Shown here in pieces: positions 39,579-55,900 of a stretch of DNA of 64,000 nucleotides. A program made the translations under genes and the position numbers. Numbering within the stretch: the stretch's first letter is position 1; the number at the start of each line of letters is the position of its first letter. Origin of the DNA: Tubiluchus corallicola (taxonomy: Eukaryota; Animalia; Priapulida); assembly GCA_030141605.1 (NCBI GenBank), contig JAQGDQ010000027.1, positions 957,554 to 1,021,553 on the forward strand, read 5' to 3'. The notes beneath the pieces are model-generated. The model saw only the letters and a list, made by a program, of their open reading frames with translations, made no database searches and had not been told where the DNA came from.

Positions 39579-40982
39579 TCTCAGGACAAAAGCATTTAGA
39601 ATATGAAGGAAGAATGTAAAATAAAGTCAGTGGAAAAAGATGGAAAACAAAACTGTAAAGCAAATGAGAGTTTTATAATGCTGCTTACGAGTAAAAAACA
39701 AAATTAAGTAAGACGAGTTTTTATTCCTCTGCACAAACAAATAAACAGGCACATAAGTAGCATAACCACATATGTTGACATAAACAGCCTATATACAATA
39801 AGTTAGATACAATACTGCAGAGATAATACCAGTTTACTCGATACCACAGTAACAAAGTGATAATAGTAACTTAATGCCAACCTTTTAATTTGAAAAGTTT
39901 CAAAGTCAGAAACACATCATTTCGCTGACTTATGAATACAATTCAAGTTTTGTTTGCCTTTTACAAACCTACTGAAAATTCAGAAACTGTAGCAACATGC
40001 TTCATGGCACTACTACTTTCAGAAATGCTTGTGGTTTTACAAGGTAAAATCTAGATTTGCATAATCTGTAATTGCCAATTCTATTCCTCAGTTATTCTAC
40101 AGGAAAATTCCCTACCTTTGCAAATCAGTAAGCATACGTAGTCTACTGATGATGACTGACGGCAAATTAAAAAATGAAAACTTGACAGACTATGCCTGTA
40201 CGTAATGTACTATCTCCAAAACTCTACTTTATTATTATACTGGGGTAAAAAATCAATGAATATTATAATGACAGGTAACCAACTTCTGGTTGTAAGACTA
40301 ATCAGTTCTGGCTAATCGGTCGTAAGACGACTTGGATGCAACTTGAACATGTATTTGCAAGCGGTGCACCCCTACACATAAAATGTTGCATGTGCGCACA
40401 CTAAGTACAGCGGACATATGAATGAATTTATCAAAACAGACAGCAATTTAAAATTAATTTGCTTAAAGAAGTAGAACGAAATATGAGTTACAATTAGCTT
40501 TGTATAATTAATTAATCAAGTTATGACCACATCCTAAAGATGAAACAGTCGTAAGTTGCACAGGTAGTAAGGTGATGATTACCAGTATATCACTTTAAAT
40601 GAGCTCATTAATTACGGACAAGAAAACAGATGCACAGACGACACCACACACAGAATCACACTAGCAGCTCAACATTTACCTAACAGCACCATATATTGAT
40701 GCTGCAATCTTTTCTGGACAAATCTTAGTTCAAGTAATGCTATGAGGGTCTTCTGATAAATCAGTAAATCCATAATGCACTCCTGACTTGAATGAATTAA
40801 TATCCAATGTAACAAGCTGCAAAAAGTGAAAACTTCAGGCATGTCACTTACAGATAACATCACTTTACACATGACACACCACTTTAAAAGTGAATTTCAA
40901 GACTTCATCTGTGGGGAAATAACAATTAGGATCACAGGCTTAGCTTTTTGAGATAAAGTGTTACAGTGATTCATGTCATCTG

Positions 40983-43900
40983 TCAAGTCTCTTTGCCAAG
41001 CATAGTTCGCCAGTGTCCTCCGCAAAGACATGACCTACTCCAATGTTGATCCCAAGCTTTCATTACGGGAGACCTTGTACCAATTCCGAGTGCTGCCATG
41101 GAGTTACATCTATATATACAAAATAAAGTAAATGTATGATATCTCAAAATGCATAAAACAATGAGAAAATAAGTGCAATAATTTTGGAAAGGAGACTGTT
41201 TAGCAGTGGTTGGTATAATGAAATCACTTAGTAATTATGAATCATCATTCATAAATTAAGCTGTTGTTAGGAATGCTTAATCTAATCGTGAACAGAACAG
41301 TCAATATTGTAAACATGATAGAGAAATATACATGTACTTAGAGTTTTTCAACTTATTACTAACCAATGTTCAACTATGTAGGTACACTGTTGAATTCCAA
41401 AAAACAAAAACAGAAGGGATCTAATCAACTACCCAATTTATACTGATAAAAAGCATTAAGCAGTCTATAGTCATAACATCAAGGAATAATGACACAAACA
41501 ATGAAAAACGTATCAGAAAGCTTCCACAAGAAAGCCACACTGCAGGGAGAACCTACGAACCTCAACTTTGATCTTATTAAATTAGTACAAGTTCTATCCC
41601 ACTGTCTTAGTGTTAAGGTTACTGTATGTTGTACTGACAGTGGTGCAAAATGTGATAATGCTAATAATTACAATTATTATTTTTATTGTTAGCGTTATTA
41701 TTGTCACTGTTGTTGTGTTGTCATTATTGTTGCTGTCAATATTGTTGGTGCATACTTCGTAAGTTTCTTTATGAAATTTGGATAACAAGCACCTGTAGTT
41801 TTGGCGTTTTGTTGGCTTTAACTGGGGCTTTCGATTGTGCCGCTAAACTAACATCTATCTGCACCTGGTACTTAATCTTTGGCTTTCATGCACATGCTCA
41901 TAGATATGAAACTTAGGGACGATTATTGACTAATCAATGTTTTAATCAACTCACTGCTTTACAATTTTACTAAAATTCTTTCTATTTTGTTTTTTTACCT
42001 TTTTGACACCACCTGACTGATAGAAACAGCTAAAAGCAAGAAAAAAAACAGCTAAAGGTAAGAAAGCGACAGGTAAAAGCAAAAAACAGCTAAAAGCAAG
42101 AAAAAAGACAGCTAAAGGTAAGAAAGCTACAGCTAAAAGCAAGAACTCCTGCAGTAAAACACTAGAAAAATAGGTGCATTCTTGAACATTTTGTATCAAC
42201 AATTCTATTTTTATTCACTAGTACAGTTCAGATACTAAATCAGTGTCACAAATCGATGCAATATTATACATGAATGCATGCACACCTGTGTTACGGAACA
42301 AAGAAAGTTGGTATTATTAGCTACCTGGTGCATTGTTTCACAGGAACGGACGGTACAACGCCCAAGAAGACTTTTCTCACAGCATCTTGTTTCTGCCCAT
42401 TCGTCTGGTTTGTAAATTCATATGGCTCAGGTTTAGTTTTACCCAACTGCCTTGGTGACACATCATATTCAAAATGAAATGGCTGCTGATTGGCTGTCAA
42501 GTTTGCACTGGATAAACCTAAAAAGGTATACGAAATATTACTAAGGTTTGTTTTCAAGAATGAACAAGTATGCAAAATAGAGAAGGACAGTGATTGGATA
42601 GCAAATCACTTTTTATCATTTTTATTTAAAAGAAGCATTTCAGTTTAACACAAATTTGGGACTATTACAACATCAACAGCTGAATGAACACAGTCTGAAC
42701 AAATTTGAAAAATGTGTTATACCTAAATAAGATTTTTACTATTTAGTATCTACTTTAAGTGTGCTGCTTTCTATGCAAGAGAAGTTCTGTACCTTTGGCA
42801 GAAATTCCCAGATCCACAACTGGTATTAAAACTTGGCTTGGCAATAATCCACATTCATCTGGAAAATCATCAACAAATTAATCTCAATGATACAACAGAA
42901 TAAATTATGCTAATTATAAAAGTAAATGTATTTAAGTTTACATAAAAATTGATATAAAATGATGTATTGCAGTATATTTGTATTTAATATACGCCGACAC
43001 TATCACACTTTGCAAAACGTACTGCAATGACATTTTAATGATCAATTCCTTGAACCCCAAAACTAAATTCAGAAATGTCACTAGCCCAGCATGAGTAAAA
43101 ACCGCTTAAAGTGGTCATGAATTATACTAAGAAAGGCATAATAGGCAACACAGAATCAAACTACAGAATAATTCAGATTAGCAGTCATGAGTGGGTGGTA
43201 AACAGTGGCCAGATTTAAAAATATTGTCGGGAAATGCACCAGTATGACATATTGTTTATTCTCATGATCACCCTGTTACTTGGATCTGTCCCAAAAAATA
43301 GGTTAAAGAGCGAACACACAACCATCCCTTATCAATTCATAGCCTGTAGGTACTATTGTTTGGCGTTCTGCTTAATTATAACCCTTCAATGAGCTACTTA
43401 TCTATTTACCTCTAATAGGCTTCATCTGAAGTCTTATAAATGACAATTGGGCAATTGGTATTAAGTTAGCACAGTGGTTTGCCCAATGATCTCTCGGAGC
43501 CCAATGATCAAAAGACATCCTGACGCCTTAGCACATAGGTCTGATTAGCTTTCATATTATGTAATATCATCAACATTTATTTATAATATAGTATCTAGCC
43601 TGTACATTTATCGTCATCTCTTTATTACCAAAACGTAGTTAGGTTGTATACTGTAATAATGTAGTAGGCCAACACTGTCGCTTACTAATCCTTGCGTATC
43701 ATCATTGACATCGTACACACCATAACGTGAAGTTTTTGTAATAATTATGCACATATTTTATAATCTCTTGCTCTTGAAATTCTTGATAATATCGTAAACC
43801 ATTACACATTACAACCATGTAGAAAGATGCAATACATACTCAGAATTTCAAGTTTGTTTGGGTCCGAAGACAGAGATCAGATTTTTGAATTAGCTGAAAA

Positions 43901-46900
43901 AATTTAAGCACCAATCTAGCTCTCCCGCCTTTACGATCAACAATTGTAACAAAATTAAATAATACTCTTTGTCTTTGATAAACATATAAAATTCACGAAA
44001 ACCAGCTTAATGTCCAAGCACACAGCATAGAAGAAGCTCAAGTAGTAAGGTACTCAAAGCTTAAAAAGGTTTTGATCTTAGGAAACAGATCGCTGCAGTA
44101 GAGACAAATCTAGGATTATTGATAGCACATACCTAGCAATGCTTCATCTGGCTCACTCGAACAACAGAGTAAAGCTTTTGAGATTAGTTTAAACAGCAAT
44201 GGCAAACAATCTAAATTATCTGAAAGAAGATCAGTAAGCAAACTTAATACAAAACCACAAGATGAACTCAAGAAACAGGAAATCACAATGAAAAACCCTG
44301 CTCCTAACCAAACTGCTCTTTGTCTAGTGGTGAACATTGGACATTGGAGTTCTTGTAGTTCAAATTCAATTCGAACTTAAAATTATAGGTTCAAATATTC
44401 AGTACTTCAACTACATACGTTCTTTATCAGTAAAACATTTGAAACATCATCCAATCTGCATAATTTGGCTGCAATGCCCGTGCAAAATATTTAAACAAGT
44501 TATTAGCATTTTTTACTGCAGAACAAAATCAAGTAATATGTATGATTTCTGTAAGGCTGCTTTTTATTAATGACGCTAAAATTTATTCGAAAATCTTTAA
44601 AACTCAATCCGAATTCTATTCAGAATCGAAATCTTGAAATTCGGTTTCATTCGACTTCAAAAGTCACAAATTCGATTTAATTTGAATTTCCTTTCCAGCA
44701 AAGAACGCTCACACGTAATTCTGGCAGACAACAGTCACTTGCATCTTCTTTTTCCAGTATTTCATATAAAAGAAAATCACTGAAACTTTTGAGTATATTA
44801 ATTTGAAGTTTTATAAATACCTGAAGTGGCCGAGAAGTTTGGAAGAGAGTTAGGATTTATCAAACCCCACAGTCTAATCAGTACGATGAGTTCTCTGAGT
44901 GTGTTAAGAGCATTGGCATCTTTCAGCAGACCACACTAAGGACAAACAAGAGAAAATTTAATGAATAACTTTACAACATCACAAAAAACATTAATTAAAC
45001 ACAAAAATGAAAAAGAAAAAAATTTTATGTACTCACACCAGGAATGTCCATTTTCTGAAACCTATAAGTTGGCAGCACAGCCAGTAAATACAGCGTGAAA
45101 TCAGCAACCCACTGTATTAACTGTTGGGCTGACTGTAGTATAGACGGGTCGACCACGTAATCACGAGCTTTCGTGTCGGATGCTTTTACAAGTGACAACA
45201 TGTTGCTAAGGTCAGCTTCGTTGGCATTGTTTCTTATCAAACCTACAAAACAAAAGTAGAACATGCTTCAAAACAAGCAGTTCATTGATGTTAGAACAGC
45301 GGTTCCTAACTTGCTCCTAACGGGTTGAGAAGTGGAATTTCAACCAGAATAACAAATAGATTATGACAGTTCATTTCTTCATCTGTTTTGTATTTTATTG
45401 AATATTAGAATCATTTTTTCTGGTTACGATCAATTTGCCAAATCTTCTAATTCTAGTTTACGAAATCAGCAAGAAAATGCCACACATCAACAAAAATATG
45501 AATGAGAAATCGATTCCAAAATGAACTAATAATTCAACAATAATTCAATAAATGAAAGACATTATATGACTAAGCATTAAAATCCACATTGTATGACTTT
45601 GCACTTTGTGTAAATACTACAGAAGTGCCACTTATGGTTGGAGTTCACATGAGTGGATTCGAGTGGACAGGAATACCGAGGATGAACAATAATGATGATG
45701 ATGAATATAATGGTGATGGTGATGGTGATGACGTCGAGACGACGATGACAAAGACGATGAACATGAACAAGATGATGATGATGATGATAACAAAGATGAC
45801 AAAGATAAAGTTGGTCGTGATGATGATGATATTGGCGACGACAACGACGACGACAACAATGATATTGATGGTAGCGGTGTGGTTCAGATTGGACTCTGAA
45901 AAAACGATCTGAAAAAGGATAACACGTATAAATTAAATATGATTCATACTTGAAAGCTTTTCAGCTGGTCCCTTTTCTTGGCTAACTAATGCAGATGGGC
46001 GCAGCACTGATTGGAAACTTGTAGCTACAGAATTTAGTAATATTCTAGCTATACAGTCACCAGCTCTACCCTGGCCATGTGGTATCCTCCTGAAACCAGA
46101 AGAATCATCCGATATCATTATCTGAGTTTATAAAGCAATACTGCATTGGTGAAAGGTTTGAATTCCACAACTTCTTCAAAAACTATATAAAACGTTCCAG
46201 TTATTTGATGGGCTATGCGACTTTAAATGCCGTATCAGCACACAAGCAACTTGGTGCATCAGCTGCTAACATTGCCTAGTGAGCCAACAAATTGGTCAAA
46301 GCCCTTGGTTCAATGACCGGTTATAATACACAATTCAAATTAGCCTTATTTCGTTTAATTTTTTAAAGAATCTCCGTCTTCAATTTCAAAATAATTTAAG
46401 TTCTCAATAAATTTTGAATTAGTTTATCTATTGCATTTTTGTATTTTTAATATTTTATTCTCTGAACTAACATGAAACTGTAACAACTGTATGTTTATGA
46501 GGGATGCAAATAAACCTGATCAGCATGCACTACATATTACAGTAGGCAAAGTTTATTAGAAACACGGTTAATAAACTCGGTTGCTTAATTGACTCAAAAA
46601 CGTCTGGTATGGACTGCTTCTATTTAAATGTATACAAAAAGGTCGCTAATAGGCTTAAAAACCCTGCACAACTGATTCAATATGATGCTTTATGCGCTTT
46701 AATAAGACACTTTCGTGGGACCAATAAGAATTTACGACTTTTATATCATTTAATTCACTTTTGTCCTATAATATACATAAATATACATAGACATAGAACA
46801 TGTTAAGTACCGTTCTGTTTTTAAGCAGGTACGTTTATCATATGCTAATATGCCAGTCTAGCGTTTTGCTTTGACCTGCTTGACCACTGCAATTAACCTT

Positions 46901-49900
46901 GTCACCCAAAAATTCGTGGAAGCTAGACCTTTAATCACTTGCCTAGCAGTATGCTTTTGAAGCTCTGGTTGTCTTTGCAGAAAGTTCAATCAGTTAGCTG
47001 TTGCTGTTATGCCAAGGACGCAGGTACAGTACAATAAGTATATCATGATAGCAAGCAGAACTAAGACAAAAATACAGATGACGCTGCGGGAAAACATGGG
47101 AACGCCAACAGTTCAAGCACGCCAAGCAGTAAGTATTTTACCAGAATTTGTGCAGGATACAACAACAGATTTTCAATGTTTTTATCATTATGAGAACTTT
47201 GTGAGCCAACTTCTTCGGGATAAAATGAAGCAGCCCACTTTGAAGGAATTTTTGTAATTTTTGCAAATAAACAGATTTATGTGATTTAGAAAAGTATGCT
47301 TTTTTTTATTATTAAGTCATTTATGTAAACATTTTTTAAAAAGTTTTAACTGGACAAAGGAATTTAGGCATTATTTCATTTCTAAATTTCATTAAAAGCC
47401 TTTGCAGTGCATACTAAGCTGATGACTCATACATGTACTCCTTTCTATATTAGTAACACTATATCTGTCGGTTTTATTGGGTAAAAACACTTCGGTTCAA
47501 AAGTGAGTCTATTAAGCGATGCCTACTGTATAAACACTATTACATGTTTTTTTCTAAATCCAGTGTGTACGCAGCAAGCTGACAACCCAAAACCTAGTAT
47601 TGCCGGTGATGAGTAAGGACCAGAACTTAGCTAACTGTCTAGTTATGATGACATCTTTAAGAGGTTTTCTTCTATTCAACATGTGTTGGAAAAGATAATA
47701 TTAGAAATAAGCTTTGAACATTTACGTTTTACTAGAATATAATATGCTAGTAATATAGCAAAAACGAGGTGCAAACATACATAGTGTCATTTACCTATAT
47801 AAAGAAGCTTTTAGAGCAAGAAACTTGTTACAGTACATTTGTTGAACCGATGTTGGCTGTTTGTTAAAATTTTCTGTGATCCATTCACAAATATTATCAG
47901 TATAATCTAAAATAAGAAAAAATAAGTATATCAAAAAGGGCATAACATTTTATGTTAGCAGCTATGAACAAAACAGGGCCAAAGAACTAACTGCAGCAAC
48001 TACTAATAATTGGCATATTTTCTATAAGCAAGATTTAAATATTACTCCCACTATTAGGCCACAAAGAAATTGTTTCTGACTTATATCATGATATCAAAAG
48101 ACGTCAGAAGGTAGGGAGGAAAAAATTTTCTTTAAAAATTTTTTTTAAAGCTTTGTGAATGTTTAAAGCCGAATCGTGGAATATTTAAAATCAGTTGAAA
48201 TCAAAGTTTGTTAATTTCTCACTGGTTAGAAGTAATGTTTTAAATTTTTAAACGCACATTTCTTCATGCCATGGACGCTTCATGGCAACACTACTCGGAC
48301 GTTAATAAGCTGATTTGTTGGAAAATACAATATTTTTAGCCTCTAGTACGATAATCAGCATAATACAAAACAGTAATCCTAGCCGACAGTTAGCCGTAGA
48401 AAAACAATGGCTGCGTCCTCACTGAAACGATGTTATAATAATTATTGTGTTTCACGTTTTAAATTAAAAAAATACTCTTTTATATGACTGTACCAGGTAA
48501 GTATATGAACGTACAATAAAATTAAAAATTCCTGGCCAAGTGTGTGATAAAAACATATTACAACTTTCAAAAAAGGTGTATATTCATTTAATGAATTGTA
48601 CAAAATAAAGGTAGTATAAGCGTGATTCCAGCAAAAGCATAAGAATACATATAGAGTAAACTTACTTGGCCTAATGCACAGAAGAACATCAAACCAGTCG
48701 TAACCATTCAACATACAGTATTCGAGTAGATTGACTATGAGATTGATAGCAATCATTGTACCTGTTTGAAAATCTGGAAAACAACGAGAGCTTGACATTG
48801 TCGGATATCGGTATTGTATAAAAATTGGCTATGTAAACTTGAATTTTCTACTGGATTTTCACACAGCTACCACCACATACTTCTTTCCTCTTTTCACTCT
48901 CTTTAACTTCCCTTCCTCTTTTCTTGATTTCCTCTTTTTTATTTTGTTTTTCTATTCTACAGCATGTAGTGGGCATAATCGACTACTAGTAATCGATTAC
49001 TTGGATTACATACCCGAAAGTCTCTGGTGCTAATTACTTTGCTGTGTAATTGAATACTAAATGATTCACTTCATGAACATGACTTTATAATTATTTGAAA
49101 CACGAAAAAAGCAAAGTGCGTTTGAAATAATTTTCGACAGTGCAAATTGTGAGTGTAAACGTTCTCAAACACAAAAGCTGGTATGACTCCACTTCTAAAG
49201 TTTTAGCTGGGACAGCTTTGTATAGCCACACTGGTTGAGAAACAGACGCCAAAGAGCGATTTCAATAATCGATTAATCACAAAAAGTAATCAATAATTGG
49301 AATTAGCCAATAGTATTCACTTATTTAGTATTCACTAACAGGCCTGCAGCAGCTGTGCACTAAGTACAGCTTTACTTAGCAAAGTGATTATTCTTATACA
49401 TTGCTGTAATGGTTGATATGAATTTTTTATTCAGTAAGTTACAAATTACTATGTTCATTGCTTGCTTTCCATTCAAGTAGTAAGTGGCACAAATATGACA
49501 ACAATATACACAAGACATATAAAGCAATCAACAAATATCACAGTTCATTATTTGTTCTTCAACAATGAAATGAAAATATAAATGAAAACAATGATATGTA
49601 ACCAACTTAAATTAATCAGTAACAAAATACAACTCATTATATACAGAGAAGAAAAAACAAAACATCAAGACACAAAAATGGGAGAAACAGAAAATTCCCT
49701 CAGCATCCTTTATTGTAGGTGAAGTTTACTGAATAATTTTATGTCTTGATACTTAATTGCTTTTTATATTTTATATTTTTATTGTATTTGCACCTTGTAT
49801 TCAGTTTAATGCTGCTATGATATGACAACACAATGAAAAACATTATTAGATTAAATTAAGTTAAATTAAATTTTTAGAGTTCTTCAAACTCTATAAATTC

Positions 49901-52900
49901 TTTAAACTCATTTTAGAGGATGTGTTGCATTTTGAGAAAAAGCAAATATCATTTCCTCAGTATAAATTCTTGTGTAGGACCAACTAAAAATTTAGCAAGA
50001 AATTCATCAGATACATAGTATTAGATACCACATGGCAACACATTTAACAATGTTTTGCTTTCAGCAGCATGTAATATAAAATGTTACTTTGTTTAATATT
50101 TAATGTTACTCACACGTGTCTCGACTTGTAGACAACCTGTACACAAAAAGTTGACTGTAGGAGTCAATTCCTACAAGCATATATCCTGTAGTTGATTGTC
50201 TTAGACAAGTCAGTTCACCAGCTGTCGTAGATGGACTTAAACCTGAATCGTTAGCTAATCGCACAATGTTTTCCATTGTAACAGCAGCCATTTGAGATAC
50301 GTTACTCCTACACACAGCAAAATCAAGTCATTATTGTAAAGTCATAAATACAAGTTAGGAAATGATGCCCCGCTATACATAAAATCTATCATATGTAGAC
50401 ATGTCTTTTTTAATATTTTATTTATAATGTTTTTCTTTAATGTGTTTTTAGCTGCTGTGCACTCCTTAGTGTCAGAAATAACAAAAAAAATCAATGTAGT
50501 TCTTAAGGTAATAATGAGTCATGAGACCATTCCCACTGAGGAACCGACGTGAATTAAATCTGTGTCCATTTATGGCCCTATGACTATCGAACAGCAGCAG
50601 TACTAGATGTCAAGATAAGGGCATTTTATCAAAATTAAATGCTCTTTCTCGTGGTTTTGTCGATTTTTACCTATTCTTTTCAACTTCTTCTGTACTGTGG
50701 AGTAATAATTTCCTGATACGCCTATCCACATTTCCAAATACAATTGTAAATAAAGTTGGATAATAATTATATCCTTTAGTTCTGCAGAGTTAATATTCAA
50801 CAACATTAAAAACATTTTAATGGCCTTTATATGATATAACATTAACCAAAAAGGATCATTACCTTCTTCAGTTGACTAACATAAATATCATAGCATCTTA
50901 AATAAAATATGCTAGAAGTAACACATCGCTGGTAACACATTACTTTTTTGATAGCACATATTAATGTAGTATATAATATGCGAAAATACGTAACATAATA
51001 ATGTTACATTCAAAGTAACATGTAAATTCACATTATGAGCCTTTCACGGGAACGAAGACATCACTTTATGACCAGGCTTAACATATGATGGTTCATATAT
51101 CTACACCAGTTTTAATACATATCAACTCTAACATTCTTTTTCACTATACCATGTTGGTGAAGCCATTTTGTTAAGACAAAGATCAATGCAACCATTCACA
51201 CCACACTTTAAATACACCTACACTTAAATTTAACCGAAGAGTTTGAATAGATCTTTTCAAATTAAAAACATGGCAAACTTAAAAGTTATCTGCAGTAACA
51301 GATTGAAATTGGGGGAAACTCAATCAGAACTATCTTCAGCAGTCTTGCAAATGCAGCAACAGCAAAAATAACATATAACAAGTAACGTCACATGTTATTT
51401 TTTCATAAAAGAATACAACATGCTGTCTTGTAATGGAATCTGGAGTAAAAGTAATATACGACTTTTGTTTTGTAATGAAACGTAACACGTTCCTTTTCAT
51501 CAGCAAAAGATGTACAACAATAATTGCAAATGTTAAAAAAACATTTACTCTGGTGCAGTTTGTTAATAAGACATGGACAAGTACTTGTTAACAATGTTAA
51601 CAATGGACAATACGCCAAAACATATTATTGCTTATAAAGATTAGAATATGTTCTTCGCCATTACAATACAAAATTAAGAGAAAGTAAATCAACAATTTAT
51701 GTGGAAAACTTGTGTCACTTGAAACATTTAATTGAAGACTATCGTTTATCAAAAGTGCACAACTAAGAAGACGTACAAACTTATAATTTACAATATGTAG
51801 TCAATATATGAAGCTAAATATTTAAACAGTGTGAGGAAAGGGAACGACCATACGGAAAAGGGAAATAATGACTTTTAATCAGAGATTGTTGACTGTAATA
51901 AAGCCAACTAGATGTAATAGTCAAATTTTACCTGTACAAGAGTTTCACGCTATAATCCTTGTAAGCTACAATGCTTGTATAGTGAGGAATCAGTTCACTA
52001 TCTGATGGAGAAAGATGAGAAGCCACTAATGCAGTTACCTCAGCTGTGTGCATTACACTATCAACGTATTTCCATTTCTAAATAAAAAAAACACTATAAA
52101 GAACAAAAAGCTCAGCAATTCAGTGCACAAAAGCAAAAACTTGAAAACCAGCTGCAATTCTAGTAGCTGTTTCTGTTATCAATGAAAGAAAGAACATCAG
52201 TAAATCCTAAAATACTTCCGTAATCCTAATATAAGGAGAAGTTTCTGATCAGGTGAAGGCTGTGTCAAAACTGCAACTGTCTGGTACAATTTCAATGTGC
52301 CAGTTAACCATTACCATACGACACCATATTCCTGACACTTTATATAGGGCCTTGTAGAGCCGCAGTTACATCATTTGCGGACCATGCACAATCTGTGCAC
52401 CTCTGCCATATGATATGCTTTTTTAGGAGTGTATCCAGCTAATGGTAACAATATACTATTTTTTATTCAGCTAAATAAAAGAATCCTAAATAAGCTCTAG
52501 ATTAGGGCCCTAAAAACATGACATTTTATATATACATTACATCTTACAAGTGCAGAAGTACATAAGCACGCATACAGTACACAGTTACAAGTGCAGAAGT
52601 ACATAAGCACGTGTACAGTACACAGTTACAAAACATATACATTGACTGCGTTTGGCACACAACTAACAACAGGTGGATAGAACCGATCACACTGCATACA
52701 GTTATTGACTTACCATTTTTCTGAGCTCCGTGGCTCCACCGCTAGTAAGAAAGACTTTATTAATAGGAATGACATGCTCTTTTAATTCCCAGAATTCCAC
52801 GCTACTACAGGCAGACCCTGCCGCACAGGCTATAATTGAGTTCGTCCCTTCTTTCCATACGAATGCCAGATGGGAAAGCGTAGAATCTAACAAAAAATGG

Positions 52901-55900
52901 AGTGCAAGGTGTTAATCAACTAGTAAAATCCTAGCACAACATTTTGCACATAAGACTGGAATATAATCAACAATGCTGGAACATTCTCATAGTATTCATT
53001 AGTATTTTTTACTCTTCCAATGATGGTAATATAATGAGTTGAATGGTCACATAAAGATGCTAGCTTGTGGGCAAAGATAAGAGGCAGTATGTCAACAATG
53101 GCTATGTGTCCTGTAGTCTGCCAAGCTCAAAATTACTGAACTGGAATTTGGAAATAAGCAGTAGTAATCGTTCTCAGGGAGTTATTTTTAAACAAACTTA
53201 CTATATGCTACAGCCTACTTTTGTGTCTTTCGGAGAGAAAAAGCATAGAACCTTGAACGGTTACAAATGCCACTTTTTGTACATTTTTTTTTTGCAAAAT
53301 TCTGAAAAACTTGGGTATCAGTGAAAATGCTGATCACACGAAACCAAGGGCCTTTCACTAAAATACACCTACCACACCCATGCTGAATGGACTATTGGCC
53401 TGACCCTTCACATATTTCCATTCTTTTGAAATAAGTTTGCAGAAAATGGACATTTTCAAAATGCCAATTTTGAGGGTTTCTTTCCTCCCAGTGGCCCATA
53501 TTCCAAAAATGAGACTTCAGTGTATAAAAACATTTGATTTAATATACAAATCAGTACAAATGATGAAGCTGCTAAAATCTGTGACTGCTGAAATCTGCAT
53601 TAATATATGCATACCATGCCATTACAGTCATATACACCTACCAACATAATTAATGTCTCCTACATGTCAGATGCCTTTATAATATTTTATTAAAACCAAC
53701 TTAAAATTAATAAAATATAACTTTAACAATATTTCTAACTTGTATAATTTATTTTTCCTAACAAGTTATTTTTCCTATAAACACTTACAAGGACAAGACT
53801 CAAAGTTACTTGTGTATGCATTCAGGAAAAAACTGGCAATTGGTAGACAGGTCAGTGAAAAGCTGCCATCTGAAAAATGAGAACATGTCATTTAGAAAAT
53901 TGCACAATCAGAAAGTAAGTATTTAAAAAAATCTACAAATGCGCATTTTATAGCAAAAACAGCAAGTCATTATCTAACACTTAATTGTTTGCTAGATCTT
54001 GTTTGATACTTTATTATTTTGTAATATGCTGCGATCTCTCTTTAAATTTAGGTTTACAAATTTTGTTTTTTAGTTACATGCTGAGAACTAATGGCAGAAC
54101 GTTGTCACTTCAAAACATGGTTCTGAATCAAATTAGAACACTTTGTTAAAATTTTAACATGCATAAAATGCCAAAATTCGTTAAATTTTAACATAAAAAT
54201 ATGAAAATCTCAAAAAATCAATTACCTGGTTGAGATTTAATAGAAAGATTGAAACAAGAAACAGCTGAAGAAACGCAACCATCACTTGCTGCAACCATTA
54301 GTTCACCATCTAAGAAAATAAAAAAACAATAATTAGTTGAATAAAAGACAAGTGTGAAAGTTAATTAATGATATTTCTGAAGACTGCAGATTTTAGAAAT
54401 CAATAAGTTTACTCACTGTTACAATAAGCTACATCACAAACAGCAATTCGGCTTCGTGTGGCTGCTAAATTCTCTTCAAGTGTTAGTTTCTGGCCTTGAG
54501 GGTTAAGTAAAGTAACAGATATCTGTAACATGAAAACTATTATTAACTCAGTTTGGCCTAAACATACGGTATCTCAAAAATCAGTATACTTATTGAAGTC
54601 TATTTTCTTTTCAAAATCTCTACAGTCTGGCATGAATGAAAAGTAGTGTTTGAGAATTATTTTTACAATTTAACAATTTACTATTTAAGCTTTATCAAGG
54701 TTCTAGTTGTTATTATAAGCTTCTTGAATGCAAGATGTCTGTGTGCGAATTGGATGCTAGGGCCCTCTGCATTGAAACACTGCAATTTGACTGATTTAGC
54801 ACACTGCCATTTTTATGTGACTATGTAAAAAAAAACTGTGCAACAAGACAAAGAGCCTTTGTGATCTTCATATAACAATCAAAGTTTGTTGTTAAAAACT
54901 GTTAATTTGGAGATGCTTGGAAATACATACGTTAAGCTTTAGCTGAAGTGCTCTGAAGAAGACACAATTAACAAACAAAATTCTCAGTTCCTTTATATCT
55001 AATTTAAAACAATTTGCTTTGATTAAAAAAATAAAACATACCATATGGCAAATTTTGAGACATCCTAACGTAGCACCATATGGCTTGAAATTTTCTGTCC
55101 TAACCCCACGAAGATGGTTACATGGTTTCAGCAACCAGGGATTGTCTAATTAAAGCCTATTCAAAATAATTATCTAAACAGCAAAATGACTTGCTCTTAC
55201 CAGGCCTGTAGCAGTTACTGCCACCCATCCGTCAAGAGCACATCCTCCATACTGGGCCACAGTTGGCTGAAATGGCACTCTTTTAAATCTGTCTGAATAC
55301 TTCGTGTTGTCTCTAGACTCACGCTCCAGAGCAATCTGAAACAAATTAGCATTTAGCCACCACACTCCATTTTTAGTCAGTGCAAAGCACTTATAGTTTT
55401 TAAAAACAGTAAACACACACCTGTGTTGTTGAGTTTGCGTAGGGAGCGTATTGTAGATTTAGACCGGAGGGGACAAGTTACGAACTAATAAAAACGGAAA
55501 TCTACAGTGTTGATGAAGAATGGTTCTGATTTATTACGCCAAACACTTTGGGAGAGAATATAATTTGTTTGCTAGTCCAAAAGGAAGCACAATATTAACA
55601 AAGTTATGTTTCACTTTATGCCAAATCTCAGAGACAGCATAGCTCTCTCTCTCTCTCTCTTTTGCCTTTCTTCTGTTTGTTTTCTGGTCACCTCTTTTTT
55701 GAATGCCGAGACAGTTCTTTTATACTAGCTACTACACATCATTACACTAAGGAAGCAACACAAAAAGTATGCGAACATACTCTGGTTGTGATACTTGCTG
55801 ACAGCCCTGACATACACAATGTTTAGCAGAAATTAGAAAGTATGCCTTGACATATTCACACAGAAAAAAGGCTTGAATACAAGATTGAAATACACAAGAT

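Noticed and set aside
45589-45912. Poly-D/M/T and poly-S/H ORFs
   Set aside because: Low-complexity trinucleotide tract inside a MED16 intron.
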